Assembly: GCA_039794845.1 (NCBI GenBank)
Contig: JAUQVK010000075.1
Coordinates: forward strand, 1 to 19,628
DNA from: Thermostichus sp. DRC_bins_24
GTDB lineage: Bacteria > Cyanobacteriota > Cyanobacteriia > Thermostichales > Thermostichaceae
Direction of reading: 5' to 3'
Length of the DNA stretch: 19,628 nt
Below are positions 14,498 through 19,628 of the stretch, in pieces. Each line of letters begins with the position of its first letter. The first letter of the stretch is position 1. Under the pieces are notes generated by a model. That model was not told the origin of the DNA, did no database searches, and worked only from the letters and a program-made list of their open reading frames with translations. The position numbers were made by a program, and so were the translations under genes.

Positions 14498-15778
14498 ATG
14501 GCCCGTTCAACCTGCACGTTTCTGCATCTGGCCGATGTGCATCTGGGCTACGACCGGTATGACAGCCCGGAGCGCAGCAAAGATTTCTTTTTGGCCTTTC
14601 GGGACGTGGTGCGGCGGTACGCCATTCAGAAGCCCGTGGATTTTGTCCTCATTGCGGGGGATCTGTTTGAGCACCGACAAATTCAACCGGGGGTACTCAA
14701 CCAAGCCCAGATCGTCCTGCGGGAACTGAAACAGGCGGGGATCCCGGTTTTGGCCATTGAGGGCAACCACGACAATCGTCCCTATGGGGTGAAAACCAGT
14801 TGGCTGCGGTACTTGGCGGATCACGGGGAGTTGATTTTGCTCGAACCCGGCGAAGGAGATCAAGGACTGGAGTTACACCCTTGGTCAGGCCAACGGGGAG
14901 CTTATCTGGATTTGCCCTGTGGGGTGCGGGTGATCGGATCCCAGTGGTACGGGTCGGCAGCCCCCAAATCCATTGAGCAGTTGTCGACAGCGATTCGGCA
15001 GTTGCCCCCCGGCCCAGAGCGAGTGATCCTGCTGTTCCATCACGGCCTAGAAGGCCAAATTGCCCGTTATCAGGGGGCTTTGCGCTACAGTGAGTTGCTG
15101 CCCCTGAAGGAAGCCGGGGTGGGCTACCTGGCATTGGGCCATATTCACAAAAGCTATTGCGAAGGGGGTTGGGTTTTCAATCCCGGATCCCTGGAGGCCA
15201 ACAGCACGGCAGAGTGGGATTTTCAGCGGGGTGCCTACCGGGTGGAGTGGGGAAATGGCGAACCGCAAGCCGAGTTGGTGCAGGATTACTATCAGCGACC
15301 CTGTCAGCGGTTACGTCTTGAGGCCAAAGGCAGAGAAACCCCCGAACAAATTGTGGCCGCAGCGATTGCCTTGGCAAAAGGAGCCCGACCTCAAGAAAAC
15401 GGGCCAGGAAACCGGGTAGAACCCATTGTGGAGTTTCGTCTGGTGGGACAAGTGGGTTTTGCCAAACACGAACTGGATAGTCGCACCCTTCAACGACAGA
15501 TTCAGCAAATTACGGGTGCTTTGATTGTCTTGTTCCGCTTCGAGGCCACACCCTTAGAGATCGGATCTGCTTCGGTGGCTTGGGAAGAAGCGGGCCAACG
15601 GCTACAAATCGAAGAACAAATCTATACGGATCTGTTGAGCAGTCATGCTCACTATCGCAAGCGCAGTGGGGAGCTGGCTCGTTTGCTGCTGGATCTCAAG
15701 GAGAGGGTTCTGGATGGGCAAGGGGAATCAGAGGTGTATGCTCATCTGGCTGAAACATTTTTAGGGGAGGAAGACTGA
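14498..15778 (+). CDS. sbcD: SbcD/Mre11-family metallophosphoesterase DNA repair nuclease
   Basis: LHLADVHLG, LIAGDLFE, IEGNHD, LFHHG, LALGHIH and NPGSLE. Start is ATG 14498. Confidence 0.94.
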   Translation: MARSTCTFLHLADVHLGYDRYDSPERSKDFFLAFRDVVRRYAIQKPVDFVLIAGDLFEHRQIQPGVLNQAQIVLRELKQAGIPVLAIEGNHDNRPYGVKTSWLRYLADHGELILLEPGEGDQGLELHPWSGQRGAYLDLPCGVRVIGSQWYGSAAPKSIEQLSTAIRQLPPGPERVILLFHHGLEGQIARYQGALRYSELLPLKEAGVGYLALGHIHKSYCEGGWVFNPGSLEANSTAEWDFQRGAYRVEWGNGEPQAELVQDYYQRPCQRLRLEAKGRETPEQIVAAAIALAKGARPQENGPGNRVEPIVEFRLVGQVGFAKHELDSRTLQRQIQQITGALIVLFRFEATPLEIGSASVAWEEAGQRLQIEEQIYTDLLSSHAHYRKRSGELARLLLDLKERVLDGQGESEVYAHLAETFLGEED

Positions 15779-15780
15779 GT

Positions 15781-18700
15781 ATGCGAATTCTTTCCCTAGC
15801 TCTGCAAAATTTTAAGTCTCATGTCGATCATATTTTTGAATTTGAGCCGGGTACCAACGCCATTTGTGGGGAAAATGGGGCCGGGAAAACCAGTATCCTG
15901 GAAGCCATTGCCTGGGCTTTGTTTGATCACTGTCCTTACAGCCAGGAGGAAATTATCCGCTCAGGAGCCAGTGATGCAGTGGTCACGGTGCAGTTCATCT
16001 CCCAATGGGATCAGCGCACCTATGACGTTCGCCGCAGTGTTACTCAAGGGTATCGCCTGTTCGACCCCCAACTGAAGCAGCGCCTGGACTATGAGCGAAA
16101 GGTGGATGTACTGCCCTGGTTAAGACAACATCTGGGCGTACCTGTGGGTACCGATCTGGCTCGGCTGTTTGCCACAACCATCGGGGTGCCCCAAGGAACC
16201 TTCACGGCAGACTTTCTCAAAACGGGTCGGGATCGTAAAGAAGTCTTTGACCGTATCTTGAGGGTAGAGGAATACCAAACGGTGGCTAAGGACTTGCTGG
16301 CAGTAGAAAGATTTAGTGAAGCGAAAGTTCAAGCCATCAAACATCAAATTGAACTCTTTAATCAACAGCTACAGGGCTGGGATCCGCTACAGGCAGAATG
16401 CATTCAGGTTGAGCAAGAATTAACCCATTGGCAAGAGCAGATCAGACAACATACCCATACTCTTGGGCAGGTGAAAACTCAAATTGAGAGCTTGGAAAAT
16501 CTATCTCGGCAAATCCAGGGTCTTGAACAACAAATTACCCAACTGCAACAGCAGGGATCCCTGCTGGAAATGAGTGTAGAACAAGCTCAAAAGTTACTGG
16601 AGGAAGCCCAACAAGCGCAACTCCAACAGCAGCAATATCAAGAGGGATCCCAGCTTTTCTTGGCGGCAGAAGCCCAACTGCGAGAATTGGAAAAACAGCA
16701 ACAGCAGCGGCTAGAGTTGCTCAAAAAACGAGATGCTTTGCTCTTGCAACGGCAGGAGGTTGAAACAGAATTAGCAAGACTTCAGGAGAAGCTCAACCAA
16801 CTGCAACGCTGGAAACAAGAGCTAGAAGATCTGGCTCCCAAAATTCAAGCTCAGCAAAAACTTGAACATCAGCAGATCCAATGGACTCAACAGCTCAACA
16901 CTTGGCAGCAACTGCAAAATGAACTGAAACACCTGCAGGCAGAATGGGCAACCCAGTCGCAGCGATGTCAACTTTTACAAAACCGAGTGGAAGAAGCAGA
17001 ACAGGCGCAGGCCGTGTGTCAACAGCATCAACCTGCCCACGATCGTTATCTGGAATTGGAAACGCTGATCGCAGAGCAGGAAAGGCTGCGACGAACGCGG
17101 CAAACCCTAACCGGCCAGCGGGAAACGTTGCTGAATCAATATCATCAACTACAACTTCGAGAGGCAGAATATAAGCAGCGACTGTATGCCTTTCAACAAA
17201 TTGAGCAGGAAATACTTAGCCTACAGCCTCTCTGCGAAAAACAGGGATCCCTAGAGCAGCACTATTCCCAACTCACCCAAAAATTGGCTCCCTTCCAAGC
17301 CCTTCGCCTCGAGCTCAAACAAAGAGAGACCGAGCAAGAACAAGGTCGGCAACAATTACATCAGCTAGAAGTAGCTCTTAAACAAAGACAAGCCAATTTA
17401 GAGCAAGTAGCTAAGATCCCAGCCTTGGAATCTCAACAAGAACGCCTGCAAACCCAGCTTAGCCGTATTGCTGCTGCTCGACAGTTTCAACAAGAACTAG
17501 AAACGATTTTTGAGCAAGGCTCCAATCAACTCGCTCTGCAAAATCAAAGCATCCAACAGCTTTTGGATGAAATCAAGATACTGCAACAAGACAATCCCCA
17601 GTTAAAATCCCTGTGGCAGCGGATCCCTTTAACCTTAACCCAATCTTCGGCGTTGAGTCAGCAATTGCTCCAATCCATTCAACGTATTTTACAGGATCTA
17701 GCTCCACAAACTTCGGAACCTCAACTTCGCTGGCAGCTAGCCGATCTGCGAAAACAACTGAAGACTTTACAACCTTTACTGGGTTTGACGACGCAGATCC
17801 CAGAATTAGAGACACAGATTCAGCAACTGTACCAATTACAAGCAGAACTACAAAGCAGAATTGACGATCTCAATTGGAGTCTTGAGGCGGAGCCAACCTA
17901 TCTTCGACAACAACGGGAACTGAGCGAGGAATTACAAGCTTTAGGAGATCCAAGAGGGCAGATACAACGCCTAGAGAAAGACCTCGAAGATCGGGCCAAA
18001 ACGGAGCAAGAATGGCAACAAATAGTGAAACACCTCCATCAGCTTCATCAAGGTCTTCAGGATTTGGAGCAGCAGCTTCAGCCTCTCTCGGATCTGGATG
18101 ATAAAATTGCATCCCTCAGGGAAGAGCAGAAAACTCATCGCAACAGCTATGAAACCGTGATTGGCTCACAAGTTACTGCCCAAGGTCTGAGCCGAAGGCA
18201 GAAAGATCTCCAGGCCGCCCAATGGGATCTCGAGAGAATACAACAATCCGTCGAAGAGAAGCAAGCCCATATCAGCCAATGGGAAAAGGCACACGGGACA
18301 AAAGAGCAGTTGCAAACCCAGCTAGAACAGGCCGACGGAACTTTGAAGTCTTTGGGGGATCCCAGAAGCCAAGCTGAACGACTGAGGACTGAGCTGAAAG
18401 CTGAATCTCAGTATCTGCAACTGCAAGCACATTATTTAGGGCAACGTCAGCACCTTGAGGCAGAACTCAGCCAGATTCAAGAAGCTTTATCTCAGACCGA
18501 TCACCTGGAAAGAGATCTGGGATCCCTACAACAACGACGAGATCAACATCGCCTTGCCCATGAGCGTTATCTTCAGGCAGAACCTATTGCAAAACTGCTG
18601 CCCCAACGAGAACAAGAGCTGGCAAAGTTGAACACTCAACAACAGGAGCTGCAAACTCAACTGTCCCAGCTTCGGGCGGCATGGGATCCCTTAGCCTCTC

Positions 18701-19374
18701 AATACCAACCTCAAGAACACGAACGCCTTAAAACCTTGTTACAAACCACCGAAATTCAAAAAACTGAGGCTCAAACACGTCTAGAAAGCCTTGCTCCTCA
18801 GCTGCTCAGAATTCAGGAAAAGTTGCAGCAACTAGAGCAGATTAAAGAAAATCTAAAGCAAGCTGAGGCAGAGCGAGTTGAAAGAGAAAGATTACATCGC
18901 TTTATCAAGTTTAGTCGAGAGGTTTACAAAAAAGCAGGTCCACAAATCACCCAACATTATCTTCAACAAATTAACCAAACAGCAGACCAGTTGTTTCGCG
19001 AAATCCTCAACAGGCCTGATGTCACCCTCACTTGGGAACCCGACTACGAAATCCGCATTCAAGAAGCGGGCAGCTCCAAACGACGCTTTGCTAGCCTTTC
19101 CGGTGGGGAACAAATGTCGGCGGCTCTGGCGGTACGATTGGCCCTGCTAAAGGTATTGGGACAGTTGGATATTGCCTTTTTTGATGAACCCACCACCAAC
19201 ATGGATGCACAACGGCGGCAACGGCTGGCGGAAGCCATTACCAATCTACGCTCTTTCCAGCAGTTGTTTGTGATCAGTCATGATGATACCTTCGAACGAG
19301 TCACCGAAAATATTATTCGAGTAGAAAGACGCTCCGAGCAAACGCAAAGGAGGGATCCCGCCTATGGTGCTTAG
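15781..19374 (+). CDS. sbcC: SbcC/Rad50-family SMC-like ATPase
   Basis: LQNFKSH, Walker A GENGAGKTS, Q-loop VPQG, a long Gln/Glu-rich coiled coil, signature LSGGEQ, Walker B/D-loop FFDEPTTNMD and H-loop VISHD. It starts 2 nt after the sbcD stop. Confidence 0.95.
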   Translation: MRILSLALQNFKSHVDHIFEFEPGTNAICGENGAGKTSILEAIAWALFDHCPYSQEEIIRSGASDAVVTVQFISQWDQRTYDVRRSVTQGYRLFDPQLKQRLDYERKVDVLPWLRQHLGVPVGTDLARLFATTIGVPQGTFTADFLKTGRDRKEVFDRILRVEEYQTVAKDLLAVERFSEAKVQAIKHQIELFNQQLQGWDPLQAECIQVEQELTHWQEQIRQHTHTLGQVKTQIESLENLSRQIQGLEQQITQLQQQGSLLEMSVEQAQKLLEEAQQAQLQQQQYQEGSQLFLAAEAQLRELEKQQQQRLELLKKRDALLLQRQEVETELARLQEKLNQLQRWKQELEDLAPKIQAQQKLEHQQIQWTQQLNTWQQLQNELKHLQAEWATQSQRCQLLQNRVEEAEQAQAVCQQHQPAHDRYLELETLIAEQERLRRTRQTLTGQRETLLNQYHQLQLREAEYKQRLYAFQQIEQEILSLQPLCEKQGSLEQHYSQLTQKLAPFQALRLELKQRETEQEQGRQQLHQLEVALKQRQANLEQVAKIPALESQQERLQTQLSRIAAARQFQQELETIFEQGSNQLALQNQSIQQLLDEIKILQQDNPQLKSLWQRIPLTLTQSSALSQQLLQSIQRILQDLAPQTSEPQLRWQLADLRKQLKTLQPLLGLTTQIPELETQIQQLYQLQAELQSRIDDLNWSLEAEPTYLRQQRELSEELQALGDPRGQIQRLEKDLEDRAKTEQEWQQIVKHLHQLHQGLQDLEQQLQPLSDLDDKIASLREEQKTHRNSYETVIGSQVTAQGLSRRQKDLQAAQWDLERIQQSVEEKQAHISQWEKAHGTKEQLQTQLEQADGTLKSLGDPRSQAERLRTELKAESQYLQLQAHYLGQRQHLEAELSQIQEALSQTDHLERDLGSLQQRRDQHRLAHERYLQAEPIAKLLPQREQELAKLNTQQQELQTQLSQLRAAWDPLASQYQPQEHERLKTLLQTTEIQKTEAQTRLESLAPQLLRIQEKLQQLEQIKENLKQAEAERVERERLHRFIKFSREVYKKAGPQITQHYLQQINQTADQLFREILNRPDVTLTWEPDYEIRIQEAGSSKRRFASLSGGEQMSAALAVRLALLKVLGQLDIAFFDEPTTNMDAQRRQRLAEAITNLRSFQQLFVISHDDTFERVTENIIRVERRSEQTQRRDPAYGA

Positions 19375-19628
19375 AACCGATCGGATCCTGACGGTATTGG
19401 ATCAAAAACGTGAGGCCTTTACCACCTTTGACCAGAGGTTATCAGAGCGGAGAGAGTGGTATAGGCAAGCAATGGAGCAGTTGTGTAAGTGGTCAAGTTT
19501 AGAAATTGCCGAAAAAATAGCCCCCTTTGCTTTTCCAGGAGCTTTGCCTACGGCTGAATGGGATACTTATCGCAATTGGAAATTGCCTTTTCACCACGAA
19601 TGGACTAACTATGAAGAAAGCTGTGAAT
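19364..19628 (+). CDS. nurA: 5' part of an ORF coupled to sbcC, probably NurA-family nuclease (truncated by the window end)
   Basis: ATG 19364 has a strong SD AAGGAGG (19347-19353) and overlaps the sbcC stop. The frame is open to the window end: MVLRTDRILTVLDQKREAFTTFDQRL...PGALPTAEW...WTNYEESCE. It resembles recalled N-termini of cyanobacterial NurA proteins. The catalytic DGS motif would lie beyond the window. Confidence 0.6.
   Translation, partial: MVLRTDRILTVLDQKREAFTTFDQRLSERREWYRQAMEQLCKWSSLEIAEKIAPFAFPGALPTAEWDTYRNWKLPFHHEWTNYEESCE

Larger units (their letters stand above)
706..19359. repeat. Dispersed highly iterated palindrome GGGATCCC (HIP1 variant), about 29 copies
   Basis: Copies read by eye at 706, 2164, 2502, 2746, 3330, 3996, 4647, 5094, 5309, 5862, 6073, 8959, 10334, 11824, 11913, 12103, 12313, 13202, 13531, 14079, 14424, 14738, 16554, 16644, 17244, 18356, 18519, 18683 and 19352. 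Under one copy is expected by chance for an 8-mer in 19.6 kb. Confidence 0.95.

Noticed and set aside
17573..18112. Alternative-frame ORFs inside sbcC (17573..17815, 17613..17864, 17870..18112)
   Set aside because: They are by-products of biased Gln/Glu/Leu codons, with no independent evidence of coding.
1..19628. CRISPR array or cas genes
   Set aside because: No regularly spaced 25-40 bp repeats were seen. The GGGATCCC copies are short and irregular, and the helicase is Ski2/HelY-type with no HD domain, so not Cas3.

Overview
This is a mostly housekeeping chromosomal window from a cyanobacterium. About 29 copies of GGGATCCC and no canonical HIP1 GCGATCGC (counted by eye) point to the hot-spring Thermostichus / Synechococcus OS-A/OS-B' lineage. 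In order it holds: a probable IS200/IS605 right end at the left edge; a Ski2/HelY-type helicase; tRNA(CAT), probably Ile2 (- strand); two half-size GDT1/UPF0016 genes in one frame separated by a single TAG; a 48-aa basic ORF missed by the ORF track; pyrH, mltG and a YqeG-type phosphatase; glgB (-); a MerA/LpdA-like flavoprotein (-); tatA; a chimeric gene (ECF sigma region-2-like domain + TM helix + RskA-type anti-sigma domain); a stand-alone IS630-OrfA-like HTH gene (-); bestrophin; a probable 6S RNA (-); and an sbcD/mre11-sbcC/rad50-probable nurA operon running off the right edge. The most unusual items are the sigma2/anti-sigma fusion, the hook-less Rad50 with duplicated arms coupled to a NurA-like gene, and the in-frame split GDT1 pair. 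All family assignments come from motif recognition, not database searches.
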